From Firmicutes bacterium UBA5435 (GTDB lineage: Bacteria; Bacillota; UBA5435): a DNA stretch of 64,000 bases. This document shows positions 1 to 9,968 of this stretch, piece by piece; within the stretch, counting starts at the first letter, position 1, and the number at the start of each line of letters is the position of its first letter. The position numbers and the translations under genes are program-made. The stretch covers positions 12,469-76,468 of the forward strand of contig DIRN01000069.1 of NCBI GenBank assembly GCA_002426645.1, given 5' to 3'. The notes beneath the pieces are model-generated. The model ran no database searches and had not been told where the DNA came from. It saw only the letters and a program-made list of their open reading frames with translations.

Positions 1-465
1 TCGAGTCTTACTCCAGGTACATCCGTGCTTTTAAAGAGCTTAAATCAGAATGCTATTGTTCTTCAAGAGCCTAATGGTAATGGAGTTCTTGTTCAGGTAG
101 GTATAATGAAGATTAATGTACCTCTTAAAGAAATAGAACTTAGACAAGAGAGTGAATCCCCTCGTGAAAAGAGTAATATATCCTATCTTGCACGTAGAAA
201 AAGCTCGAATATATCTACTGAGATCATGCTTCGTGGTATGACTGTAGAAGAAGCTTTAAATCTTCTTGATAAGTATCTAGACGATGCGTACCTTGCTGGA
301 TTAGAATCAGTTAGGATAATCCATGGAAAGGGAACAGGTACGCTCCGCCGAGCTATTACAGACTACTTAAAGAAGCATCCCCATATTAAAGAGTACAGAC
401 TTGGCGATTATGGTGAAGGAGGCACAGGTGTTACCATTGCTAAGTTCCGCATTCCTAGTAAGTGA
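1..465 (+). CDS. mutS2: MutS2 endonuclease, C-terminal fragment (Smr domain); 5' end lies outside the window
   Basis: Frame 1 is open from the window edge to TGA 463-465. Smr-domain signature ...IMLRGMTVEEALNLLDKYLDDAYLAGLESVRIIHGKGTGTLRRAI... is typical of the MutS2 C-terminus. Confidence 0.8.
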   Translation, partial: SSLTPGTSVLLKSLNQNAIVLQEPNGNGVLVQVGIMKINVPLKEIELRQESESPREKSNISYLARRKSSNISTEIMLRGMTVEEALNLLDKYLDDAYLAGLESVRIIHGKGTGTLRRAITDYLKKHPHIKEYRLGDYGEGGTGVTIAKFRIPSK

Positions 466-1059
466 TTGGCTCATATTACGCGGACCCGAAGAGACCCTTA
501 GGGGTCCGCGACAGTACCCTCTGAAAACCTCTATCGATAAAGTTTTGCAGAACTTGTCTTTGCTACTAACTTTCATATTAAGCTGAACAGCAATATTGAA
601 CCTATCTCCTACTGCCTCAAATATTTTGCTAATATCAATAATGGATACTGCGAGATTCAATTGGTTCACCTCTTTATTTTCTTCAAGCCGTCATTTTCTA
701 CATAGCCAAGTCATTTTATTGACTAAATCCTTACTTTTTTCATGCTGAAAGATTTTTGGATTTCGGGAGGAATAAGTATATAAATGTAGAATATGTATTT
801 AATGAAATTAAATAGTATTGTTCATGTTTAAGTTAACTACTAGTCTAAACGTTTGGGTAGTTGCTCCTCATAAAAGGCAAGAATTTATTCTATCTATAAA
901 CATAGCATAAACATCCGCAAAACATCTAAACATAATATTCAACGAAACTGTCATACAGTTTTCGAGATTGTATATTTCCGATGAACTCATATAACAATTA
1001 GAATTAAATTGTTGAAGGGTAGCAATAAGATCACTATTATGATGGAAGAAGGATTGATT

Positions 1060-1815
1060 ATGCAGATTGACATTACATTCGTTCCACATGAAGACAAGCT
1101 GTTACTCCCGCTTCCGTATAATCAAGTAGTTCAGGGATTTATCTATAATCATCTTGATTATGCATTAAGTTCTTGGCTACATGACGAGGCATATGAGTAT
1201 AAGCGACGTAGATTCAAATTGTTTATCTTTGGACGTCTCACTGGAAAATATGCAATTAAGGAGAAGATGATAGAGTTTCAAGGACCTACTAGCTTAGCAG
1301 TTAGATCTGTAAATAATGATGTGCTATCGTCCTTTGCTCAACATCTGCTGAAAAAGAAAGAAGTTATACTAGGAAAAACACCCTGTACTATTTTAAATAT
1401 AAGTCTTACCCCTGACCCTGACATCGACTTTTCGAAACCAGTTCGGTTAAAGGCTCTTTCACCTGTAACAGTCTATAGCACATTACGTACATTTGATGGG
1501 CGCAAGAAGACGTATTATTATTCTCCAATGGAATCGGATTGGGAAAATCAAGTATTAGAAAATCTCATTCGTAAGAGTCAGGCTATTAGTGAAATAAAGG
1601 GTAATCATTTACCCAACAATGTTTGGATAAGGCCTAAGAATATTAAGACTTCCCATATGAAGATCCTTACGTTTAAGAATACGATAATAAAAGGCTGGAT
1701 GGGAATGTACGAGGTGTTTTTACCTAAAGAATTTTTCTTACTCGGGTACAATGGTGGTTTTGGGGCAAAGAATAGCCAAGGCTTTGGCACGATGGAGGTA
1801 ATAAGTAATGCTTAA
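1060..1815 (+). CDS. cas6: Cas6 crRNA endoribonuclease (type I-B)
   Basis: C-terminal Gly-rich loop GYNGGFGAKNSQGFG is the Cas6 hallmark. It is the first gene of a colinear cas operon. Start placed at ATG 1060 (RBS GAAGGA about 7 nt upstream, MQIDITF...), in frame with the track ORF 1009-1815. Confidence 0.8.
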   Translation: MQIDITFVPHEDKLLLPLPYNQVVQGFIYNHLDYALSSWLHDEAYEYKRRRFKLFIFGRLTGKYAIKEKMIEFQGPTSLAVRSVNNDVLSSFAQHLLKKKEVILGKTPCTILNISLTPDPDIDFSKPVRLKALSPVTVYSTLRTFDGRKKTYYYSPMESDWENQVLENLIRKSQAISEIKGNHLPNNVWIRPKNIKTSHMKILTFKNTIIKGWMGMYEVFLPKEFFLLGYNGGFGAKNSQGFGTMEVISNA

Positions 1816-3799
1816 GACCATGTATAACTTAAGTTTAGACTTCCTTTATTATGAACTCCGGAGGAATGGAGAACCCGATGATCCACTGGAGTGGTATATC
1901 TTTGTGAGAGAGGAAGATCCGCTGCGTATTTTTCCATACTTAATGGAATCTCCAAAAGAGTCTATGGCAACGAATTTTTATGTTTTATTTCCATCACCTG
2001 AAGATGAGACCACTGCCATCTTAGAACAGAGGGAGTTTGATCCTGATAAGCATACACAAAAGATTCCATTTATAAAACCTACAGGTTCGCAATCTCCAGC
2101 TTTAGGTCCTGTCATTAAGCGTTCTTATAATAAAGCTAAAGGAGGCCCTTCAGAAAACACTCTTTGGACGAATATTACTTCATTCGAGAGGATAGCTAAT
2201 GAGGGTAAAGAGTGGTCTGGTTTTTTCAAATATGCAGTAGATGTCTTAAAGAGACCTAATATTAAATTTATGGGCAAGCTCTATGAGGGTGATGAGGAGA
2301 GACCAGCTTTAGTACAGGCAATAGAGATAATTCCGGAGACGAAAACAGCCTTTTTAACAATTATCGGTGAAGATGGAAGATTACCCGGGGAGCACTTGGA
2401 GTATATTCATTATCTGCAGGAGGTAATAGGGGATGAGAAATATGCTACATCAAGTTATTTTCCTGTAGAAAATGGCATAGATATTTTAACCGGAACTAAA
2501 GGCGTTATATATCCTAACGCACTAAAAGGAGCTGGTATAAATATCACCAACGTGGATCGTATTGGCGTTTTTTCCATGTTAGAACCATCAAACGCATGGA
2601 AGAAGTATGCTTTATCTGTGGAGTCTGCAGATCTGCTATATATATTCAGTTACCATTTTAGAGATAAGTTTATAGGCAGAGTTGCTGGAGAAAGGGCTTT
2701 AATTTTACCTGAAGTTACTATGTCTTCAGAGACGCGAAAGGAATTCATTAATGATTTTCTAAATTACGTATCTGCTTCGCAAATGGAAAAAAGGGTATCT
2801 GCAAGGGAGGATTATCTGAGCTTTTTAGCAGCTGAAGAAGATTCTTTGGTCGGTATATCTATTATATGGGCGAAATTTGGACAACTTATGGAGAATGTAA
2901 AGGGCGTAATCTTTGATATTATGCCATCGAGATTATCTGCCCTATCCAAACTTATTGCTAAACAGAAGAAGATTAAATCACCTGTATTTCCACAGTATTG
3001 GATAGAAGATTGCGACTTCGATTTAGGACTTAATGGTTTTGCTAATCTTCTTAAACGCCCAGGAGGAATGCGCAACGCTAAAGTCAATAACGGTATGCAA
3101 TTGTTCAAGGTCAAGAGATATTTAGCAGCATCATTGTATGATGGTCAACAAATGAATGAGACGCTGTTATGGGACGAGATCATAGCCACTGCTCGGGAAT
3201 ACCTTATAGAAGCTCAAAATCGTGGTAATTCTTATGGCTTAACTAATGAAGGCGTTTCAAAGAGCGGAGAGGCATATCTGACATTAGCTGGTTGGGTAAG
3301 ATATATAGCTAGCTATTTAGATTTTTTTAGGAGGGCAGGTGTATTATTAAAGATGAATGACTGGGCTTATGAACCTCATTGTGATGAACTTAGAAAGTTT
3401 TTTAAAGATGCAGAAGCTACAGCGGGTCTGGACACTGAAGAGAAGGTTTACGCGTTTCTAATAGGGGCGCTCTTTGGTAAGTTAATGTCAATTCAAGCTG
3501 CACGAGGTGTTAATGTAGCTTCCAATGCTCTTACATGGCTGAGGCGACTTAGCTTATCCGCGAAGGACCTTCCCGAATTATATGTTAAAATACGTGAAAA
3601 GCTTTTTGCATATCAAAGTAGGGGCAGCAGTAGCATGAATGCAGTTTTAGAAGAAATAGGTCATTTAGGTGTAAAGATAGGTATTCCTAAGAATTTGAGC
3701 GCTATTGAAACAAATTATTATCTTCTTCTTGGGCAATCCCTATCTAATGTATTGATGCCACCGGTTTCTAAAGAGGATATCGAAAGCGAGGAGAAATAG
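1808..3799 (+). CDS. cas8b: Cas8b (Csh1) large subunit of type I-B Cascade
   Basis: 663-aa ORF between cas6 and cas7. Size and position fit Cas8b; no other family motif recognised. ATG 1808 overlaps the cas6 stop (coupled) with GGAGG upstream. Confidence 0.7.
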   Translation: MLKTMYNLSLDFLYYELRRNGEPDDPLEWYIFVREEDPLRIFPYLMESPKESMATNFYVLFPSPEDETTAILEQREFDPDKHTQKIPFIKPTGSQSPALGPVIKRSYNKAKGGPSENTLWTNITSFERIANEGKEWSGFFKYAVDVLKRPNIKFMGKLYEGDEERPALVQAIEIIPETKTAFLTIIGEDGRLPGEHLEYIHYLQEVIGDEKYATSSYFPVENGIDILTGTKGVIYPNALKGAGINITNVDRIGVFSMLEPSNAWKKYALSVESADLLYIFSYHFRDKFIGRVAGERALILPEVTMSSETRKEFINDFLNYVSASQMEKRVSAREDYLSFLAAEEDSLVGISIIWAKFGQLMENVKGVIFDIMPSRLSALSKLIAKQKKIKSPVFPQYWIEDCDFDLGLNGFANLLKRPGGMRNAKVNNGMQLFKVKRYLAASLYDGQQMNETLLWDEIIATAREYLIEAQNRGNSYGLTNEGVSKSGEAYLTLAGWVRYIASYLDFFRRAGVLLKMNDWAYEPHCDELRKFFKDAEATAGLDTEEKVYAFLIGALFGKLMSIQAARGVNVASNALTWLRRLSLSAKDLPELYVKIREKLFAYQSRGSSSMNAVLEEIGHLGVKIGIPKNLSAIETNYYLLLGQSLSNVLMPPVSKEDIESEEK

Positions 3800-3800
3800 T

Positions 3801-4760
3801 ATGAATAGTTATTTAAAGAATAGACATGAGTTTATATTTGCGTATGATATACGTATGGCTAATCCCAATGGAGATCCAGATGAAAATAGACCTAGAGTCT
3901 TACCAGATGGTACGTATTATGTCACAGATGTGAGGCTTAAGAGGTTTATAAGAGACTTTTTTAAAATGCAGGGACGCGATATTCTAGTTGATGATATTGA
4001 AGGTAAGACCACAAACCTTACAGGTCGTGTTGGTGCATATCTTAATAAGATTGGGAAACCAAAGGCGAACGGACAAGAATTGGTTGATATAATTTTAGAC
4101 TCTTTTATTGATGCTCGGCTCTTTGGAAGTACCTTAGCTTTTAAAGAATCAGCAGAACAGAAGTTTTCGCCAGAGCCTAAGACTCTTACTGGTGCAGTGC
4201 AGATTAAACATGGGGAAGCTTTACATCCTTGCCATGAGGTTTGGATAAGAGGTACCACTACCTTTGCTAGCCAAGAAGATAAGACACAGGGCACATTTAC
4301 CGAGATGTATGGTTTAAGATATGGATTATTTGCATTCAATGGAATAGCTAATCAGTATAATGCTGGGAAGTCTCATTTAACGGAAGAGGACTATCGCGAG
4401 ATGCTGCGGGCTATGTGGCTTGGTGTTAGGTCTGCTGCAAATACCCGTAGTAAGGCGGGTCAATCTCCTCGCTTTCTGTTAGAGATAGAGTATAAGACTG
4501 GGAGTGAATTTCAATTTGGATGTCTTTTAGACTATGTAAAAGTCTATGCTAATGATTCTGAGAAGAAAGATCCAACAACATGGTCTAGTCCTGATGATTA
4601 TACTATAGATCTATCCAGGCTCTTCCAAAGACTCAATCAGGCAGCTAACCATATTGATAAAGTATCGTATTGCATAAGTCCGGATATAAGATTAAAGGAA
4701 GAGGATATGAATGCTCTAAGGGAATATACAAACCTTAATTATGATAAGTTGGTGATGTAA
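3801..4760 (+). CDS. cas7: Cas7 (Csh2/DevR family) Cascade backbone subunit
   Basis: 319 aa. N-terminal ...FAYDIRMANPNGDPDENRPR... is the conserved Cas7/DevR motif. Position is after cas8b. Confidence 0.85.
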   Translation: MNSYLKNRHEFIFAYDIRMANPNGDPDENRPRVLPDGTYYVTDVRLKRFIRDFFKMQGRDILVDDIEGKTTNLTGRVGAYLNKIGKPKANGQELVDIILDSFIDARLFGSTLAFKESAEQKFSPEPKTLTGAVQIKHGEALHPCHEVWIRGTTTFASQEDKTQGTFTEMYGLRYGLFAFNGIANQYNAGKSHLTEEDYREMLRAMWLGVRSAANTRSKAGQSPRFLLEIEYKTGSEFQFGCLLDYVKVYANDSEKKDPTTWSSPDDYTIDLSRLFQRLNQAANHIDKVSYCISPDIRLKEEDMNALREYTNLNYDKLVM

Positions 4761-4761
4761 T

Positions 4762-5511
4762 ATGGCGGGCCATTCTGTTGTGGCATTTAAATACCATGCA
4801 CGGTTTGGACATTTTCTGTGTGCAGAGGCCAGTGCAAGCGGTTTATCATACCCTGTGCCTTCACGCACTGCTTTATTGGGTTTAGTAGGAGCAGTTCTGG
4901 GGTTGGAAAAGGATTCACCTCAGGAGCTTCTAAAAGGAGCAGAATTCGCTGTGCACGGCGTTAAACCAGTTACTCATTGGCATACAGCTAAGTTTAGGAA
5001 GGATCCACCGGATACATTATCTTGGACAGTGAGAAGAGGCGCTAAAGGGACATCAAAAAACGAGAAAGCGACATTACCCTCTCAAGAATGGCTCTTCAAT
5101 CCCAGCTATGTAATTATATCGTATTTGCCAGATGAGTACCATAGCGAGTTTGTCAGGCGTCTAAAGACCAAAGAACATTTCTATACGCCATGTATGGGAT
5201 TGAGTGAAATGTTAGCACATCTGGATTTTGTAGATGAGGGTATTGCAGAGTCTACAGGTGAAGACGAAATAATAAATTCTTTGACGTTAGTGAGGGCCGA
5301 CTGTGCTACTTTCGATGTCAGTAAGGTGATTTCAGAGGGGAAAAGGTTAGATGTACATTTGATTAGTCTTCCAAGGGATGTTACGGTTGATAGGGGATTT
5401 ACGCATGCTGATTATATATATGAGACGATGGGAAGACCTATTTCTGTTCGTACTTCTCATGGCTGGCGTGTGACTATAGACGGAGATATAAAGGAGTTTA
5501 TGTATCTATGA
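4762..5511 (+). CDS. cas5: Cas5 (type I-B)
   Basis: 249 aa. Gly-rich Cas5 N-terminal region (..SRTALLGLVGAVLGLEKD..). Tightly coupled to cas7 and cas3. Confidence 0.8.
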   Translation: MAGHSVVAFKYHARFGHFLCAEASASGLSYPVPSRTALLGLVGAVLGLEKDSPQELLKGAEFAVHGVKPVTHWHTAKFRKDPPDTLSWTVRRGAKGTSKNEKATLPSQEWLFNPSYVIISYLPDEYHSEFVRRLKTKEHFYTPCMGLSEMLAHLDFVDEGIAESTGEDEIINSLTLVRADCATFDVSKVISEGKRLDVHLISLPRDVTVDRGFTHADYIYETMGRPISVRTSHGWRVTIDGDIKEFMYL

Positions 5512-7793
5512 AACCTTTAAAATCGCATCCTAATAAATTATTGGAATGCCATATAAGAGAGGTACAACAGGCGGCTAATTCGATTCTATCACGTCACTGT
5601 TGTATACCCGTGGAAGCCGATGTTATAGAAGATATTGTGAGCCTTCATGATGTGGGTAAATCTACGTTATGGTTTCAGAAATATATCAATACTCAACGTT
5701 GGCAAGGGGATCCTATGCAAAAGGCTCATACTCCCCTTGGCTTTGTCCTCTCCACTGCTCTAGGAAGGGCAGCGGGGAGGGATCTTAAGTGGTATTTGCC
5801 TGTGTGTTTCAGCGTATTGGGACATCATAGCGGAATTCCAAGTAGAGAAGATATAAACTCCAAGTTACAGGGCGATGAGTGGCGAGATATATTAGAAAGA
5901 CAGTTTGAAAGTTTCCCTACAGTATCAGCTGCTGAAGCTATTGGACATTCTGCTAATCTATTAGATAATTTGGAGATAGACTTCTTCAAACTATATCGGC
6001 ATTGGTATAAGCTCTTTGTCGATGTGGATAAAATTTTAGAAGAAAATATTGAAGAGGCTATCCATCTTAGGCTATCCACACAATTTTGCTTTAGTGTGTT
6101 GCTTGAGGCTGATAAGGTATACCTTGCTCTCTCTGAGGATGGCAAGGATAGGTATCTTAACTCATCTAAGCCTGATTTTCAAGGAAACCTAGTCGATAGT
6201 TTCATAGCTGATCAGCCATATACACCAATAAATGAATTGAGATCAAAAGTGCGTAAGGAAGCATTAGAAATTATGGATTTGAATTCCGAATCACGGCTCT
6301 TTACGTTGACTTTACCTACAGGACTTGGTAAGACGTTGACCGCTGCATCCCTAGCTTTTACTAGATGGAAAAGGGCGGACGAAGCAAAGAAAATAATTAT
6401 CGTTTTGCCATATCTTTCAATAATAGATCAAACGTCTAAAGTCTATGGGGATCTTCTGGTTAATCCTGAGACTTCAGTGTTGATGCAAAGTCATAGCCTT
6501 AGCGATTATAAGTACGATGATACTGAAGAAGAGGATGCGGAGTTTTTTTTAGATACATGGCAAAGTAGCATTATTATTACTACTTTCGACCAATTTTTAC
6601 TTGCGTTATTAAGCTCTAAAACAAGGCATCAAATGAGATTTCATAATATGGTGGACGCTATCGTTATTATGGATGAGGTGCAAGCGATGCCTACTCATCT
6701 TTGGGATATAGTGGATCAGGCAATACGCAGCATGACTAAATCATTTAACACCACTGTCATAGCTATGTCAGCAACTCAACCAGGATTTATTAGAGATGCT
6801 TGTGAGTTGACGCGAGACAAGGTGAATCTTTATAGCCAATTTAATAGATATCAATTAGTATTGAAACATAGAACCCCAATGAAACTGGATGAATTCAGCG
6901 ATATGCTGCTTCGAGAGAGGAAGAAGGAGCTTAGCGAGAAGAGATTACTGGTTACACTTAATACTCGACGTAGCGCAAGAAAGGTGTTCGATAATTTGAA
7001 GGATTTTTGGCCACATCCAGTATATTTTCTCAGTGCGGATGTTACGCCTAAGGATCGGTTAAATGTCATTGAGAAACTTAAGAAAGATAAGGGGCCATGT
7101 CTTGTGGTATCTACTCAGGTTATAGAAGCAGGGGTAGATATAGATATGGATCATGTTATACGAGATTTTGCCCCTCTAGATAGTATTATTCAGGTCGCTG
7201 GTAGATGTAATCGAAATGGCAAAAAGACGTGTTCTGATGTAGAAGTAGTTTATCTAGTTGGTAAAGATGGAAAGTCATATGCTTCTAAAGTGTATAAAGA
7301 TGTTTCAGGCGGACCTGATCTTAGTTTGCAAGAAACTATTGGTGTTCTTGCGTCTCATGATGTGATACCGGAGCATTCTATACTTCCCTTTTGCGAAGAA
7401 TACTTTAAACGATTATATGAGAAGAAGAATATTGGTGCCACGCATACAAGGCAATGGGCTGGATTTATAGAGCCTTTGCCTGTTTCACAGCTTTTAAGGG
7501 GCGATTCATCACGGCAGCACTCGCTGATAATACCAGAGCGGGATGAAGATAAAGAAGAGCTGCTGCAGATAGTTGAAGAGACGCTTTCTCTGGAAGATCA
7601 TTGGGAACGAAGGAGAAGGCTTCGTAAAATAGCAGCTCGTTTAGCTAGCATAACAGTTAATGTTTGGGCTACTAGAGGATTTAATCCGGCGTATATAGCA
7701 GATAATATAGGTCCATATTGGTTTGTCAGGGAAGGGTATTATCATGAGGTTCGCGGGCTTGATTTGGGCATAAATGAGCCTTTGCTCTTGTAA
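5508..7793 (+). CDS. cas3: Cas3 nuclease-helicase (N-terminal HD domain fused to DEAD/DEAH helicase)
   Basis: HD motifs (LHDVGK, LGHHSG) at the N-terminus. Walker A LPTGLGKT and DEVQ box (IVIMDEVQA) in the helicase core. 761 aa. Confidence 0.9.
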   Translation: MKPLKSHPNKLLECHIREVQQAANSILSRHCCIPVEADVIEDIVSLHDVGKSTLWFQKYINTQRWQGDPMQKAHTPLGFVLSTALGRAAGRDLKWYLPVCFSVLGHHSGIPSREDINSKLQGDEWRDILERQFESFPTVSAAEAIGHSANLLDNLEIDFFKLYRHWYKLFVDVDKILEENIEEAIHLRLSTQFCFSVLLEADKVYLALSEDGKDRYLNSSKPDFQGNLVDSFIADQPYTPINELRSKVRKEALEIMDLNSESRLFTLTLPTGLGKTLTAASLAFTRWKRADEAKKIIIVLPYLSIIDQTSKVYGDLLVNPETSVLMQSHSLSDYKYDDTEEEDAEFFLDTWQSSIIITTFDQFLLALLSSKTRHQMRFHNMVDAIVIMDEVQAMPTHLWDIVDQAIRSMTKSFNTTVIAMSATQPGFIRDACELTRDKVNLYSQFNRYQLVLKHRTPMKLDEFSDMLLRERKKELSEKRLLVTLNTRRSARKVFDNLKDFWPHPVYFLSADVTPKDRLNVIEKLKKDKGPCLVVSTQVIEAGVDIDMDHVIRDFAPLDSIIQVAGRCNRNGKKTCSDVEVVYLVGKDGKSYASKVYKDVSGGPDLSLQETIGVLASHDVIPEHSILPFCEEYFKRLYEKKNIGATHTRQWAGFIEPLPVSQLLRGDSSRQHSLIIPERDEDKEELLQIVEETLSLEDHWERRRRLRKIAARLASITVNVWATRGFNPAYIADNIGPYWFVREGYYHEVRGLDLGINEPLLL

Positions 7794-7828
7794 TTTTTTA
7801 GATATCTATATATGGTGGGGTGATAGAT

Positions 7829-8356
7829 ATGTCTGAAGGAGGAAATGTTACGGGTGGAGGACATCTAGAGGTGAACGGGACAATGATGTGGTATTACCAC
7901 ATTTGTCCTCGGGAAGTTTGGTTGATAGGGCGTCAGATCACCCCCTACAAAGAAGATGATAATATGGAGATGGGCCGATATATATCTGAAAAGTCTTATA
8001 AGCGTGAGAGGAAAGAAGTTGAGATTGGTCCAGTTAAAATTGATGTCCTCTCAGCCCGAAATGGACGGGTTGTTGTGGGCGAGATAAAAAAGAGTTCTAA
8101 ATATATGGAAAGTGCTAAGATGCAACTCTTGCTTTACCTAGATATATTACAGAAGGCAGGGATAGAAGCTGAAGGAGAACTGCGCGTTCCGTTGGAGCGA
8201 AAACGGGAAAGGGTAGTTTTGGATGAAGAAAATAAAAAGAAATTAGAGCATGCGAAACGAGATATTTTGAGAATTTTATATTTGGGCAAACCTCCAGAAC
8301 CTAAAAAGGTAAACTGGTGTACTAAATGCGCCTACAGGGAATTTTGTTGGTCATAA
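7829..8356 (+). CDS. cas4: Cas4 RecB-like nuclease with Fe-S cysteine cluster
   Basis: N-terminal Cys (ICPREVW) plus C-terminal CTKCAYREFC cluster. RecB-motif residues present. Start ATG 7829 (RBS GGTGGGG 8 nt upstream); the track ORF starts at GTG 7820. Confidence 0.8.
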   Translation: MSEGGNVTGGGHLEVNGTMMWYYHICPREVWLIGRQITPYKEDDNMEMGRYISEKSYKRERKEVEIGPVKIDVLSARNGRVVVGEIKKSSKYMESAKMQLLLYLDILQKAGIEAEGELRVPLERKRERVVLDEENKKKLEHAKRDILRILYLGKPPEPKKVNWCTKCAYREFCWS

Positions 8357-8378
8357 AGTATTCTTAGGGGGCTAAGTC

Positions 8379-9374
8379 ATGAAAAAGACTGTGTATTTAT
8401 TTACAGATGGGCAAGTATCCCGTAAGGATAATACATTTGTCTTTCAAAGTGCTACTGATAAGCGTTTCCTTCCGATAGAACAAATAGGAGAGATATATGT
8501 CTTTGGTGAGGTTGATGTAACAAAGAAATTTCTTGAGTTGGCATCTAAGAATGAGATATTAATTCACTATTTTAATTATTATGGCTATTATGTTGGTACA
8601 TTTTATCCGCGGGAGCACCTAAACTCGGGATATATGATACTCAAACAAGCAGAAGCATATATGAACGAGGAAAGCAGGTTAGGATTGGCAAATAAATTTG
8701 TAATGGGAGCAGTAGAAAATATTGAAAGAGTGTTAAAATACTACGAGCGAAGGAAAGAAGGTTTTCCTAGTTTATTATTGGAGCAACTTGGAGAATTGAA
8801 GTCGCAAATTATGCTACAGGAATCTGTTGAAGCTCTTATGGCTATAGAAGGTAATATTCGTAATCTTTATTATTCAGCCTTTGATTTTATAATAGGGGAT
8901 CCAAATTTTAAATTTGTGGAGAGAAGTAGGCGGCCTCCTAAAAACGAATTGAACACGTTAATTAGTTTTGGAAATTCCATGGTATATACTACTGTATTGA
9001 GTCAGATTTATAGAACACATCTTGATCCGAGAATAGGATACCTTCACGCGACTAATTTTCGATCGTTTAGTTTAAATTTAGATGTGGCGGAGATTTTTAA
9101 GCCTATTATAGTTGATAGATTGATATTTAATATACTTAATCATAAGGCTATCACGAAAAATGATTTCTATGAAGATTCTGGCGGTATCATAATGAAAGAA
9201 ACAGGTAAGAAGACTTTTGTAAGCGAGTTTGATAAGCGACTTAAAACTACGATTAAGTTACGAGGGCTAGGAAGATCTGTGTCGTATAGAACTTTGATAC
9301 GTCTTGAGCTTTATAAAATTCAGAAACATCTAATGGGTGAGAAGGAGTACAAGCCATTTGTAGCAAGTTGGTGA
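8379..9374 (+). CDS. cas1: Cas1 integrase
   Basis: 331 aa. Typical Cas1 length and C-terminal acidic catalytic region. Position is between cas4 and cas2. Confidence 0.85.
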   Translation: MKKTVYLFTDGQVSRKDNTFVFQSATDKRFLPIEQIGEIYVFGEVDVTKKFLELASKNEILIHYFNYYGYYVGTFYPREHLNSGYMILKQAEAYMNEESRLGLANKFVMGAVENIERVLKYYERRKEGFPSLLLEQLGELKSQIMLQESVEALMAIEGNIRNLYYSAFDFIIGDPNFKFVERSRRPPKNELNTLISFGNSMVYTTVLSQIYRTHLDPRIGYLHATNFRSFSLNLDVAEIFKPIIVDRLIFNILNHKAITKNDFYEDSGGIIMKETGKKTFVSEFDKRLKTTIKLRGLGRSVSYRTLIRLELYKIQKHLMGEKEYKPFVASW

Positions 9375-9547
9375 AACAATAAACTTATACGTTTAAAGAA
9401 ATAAGTAGGGTCAGTATGTTTTTAGAAGCCCGTTAGAGTGAGCCTTGACAATAATTAATGACTGATGAAGTTCAAATCATAGATCTTATATTCGTCCGAA
9501 AAAATGTGTATTAAGGCAGTAGAATTTTACAATAAGAGAGGATTGAA

Positions 9548-9811
9548 ATGTTTGTTATTCTTGTATATGATATAAAAGAAAAGAGGGTCGCTAAAGTTCT
9601 TAAGAAATGTAGAGAGTATCTCTACTGGGTACAAAATTCTGTCTTTGAGGGCGAGATTACGCCCGTTAAGTTGAATATTCTTAAAGAAGAACTAAACGAC
9701 ATTATAATGTCTGATGAGGATTCGGTAATTATATATTCATTTCGTACGACAAAGTATAGTTCCATTGATATTTTAGGAGTACGGAAAGGTGGAGAGGACA
9801 ATATCCTTTGA
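9548..9811 (+). CDS. cas2: Cas2
   Basis: 87 aa, MFVILVYDI... N-terminus (the beta1 strand with catalytic Asp). RBS AGAGAGGATTGAAATG. Last cas gene before the array. Confidence 0.85.
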   Translation: MFVILVYDIKEKRVAKVLKKCREYLYWVQNSVFEGEITPVKLNILKEELNDIIMSDEDSVIIYSFRTTKYSSIDILGVRKGGEDNIL

Positions 9812-9968
9812 TTTGCATGTCGTCGGTCACCAATAGTGCAAAAACCTCTGGGGTGCGACGACAATCTCAAATTATGCATTTACCTATTTAGCAGGAGTTT
9901 TGTTTTCTAGTCACTTAGAAATTCTACAAAGTCTAACTCGACCAGAATTATTTGCCCAGCTAAAACGG
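9812..9968 (+). promoter_or_regulatory. CRISPR leader (AT-rich, between cas2 stop and first repeat)
   Basis: 157-bp AT-rich non-coding segment immediately upstream of repeat 1. The degenerate repeat sits at the opposite end of the array, so this is the leader-proximal side. Confidence 0.6.

Noticed and set aside
367-669. 100-aa minus-strand ORF overlapping mutS2 3' end and the downstream hairpin
   Set aside because: Antisense to a well-supported Smr-domain coding region. No RBS, no recognisable domain.
9445-9473. TTGACA in the cas1-cas2 gap as an internal promoter
   Set aside because: No acceptable -10 hexamer at a 16-19 nt spacing. Kept only as a low-confidence note.
9622-9879. 85-aa minus-strand ORF
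   Set aside because: Antisense to cas2 and the leader. No SD, composition-driven.
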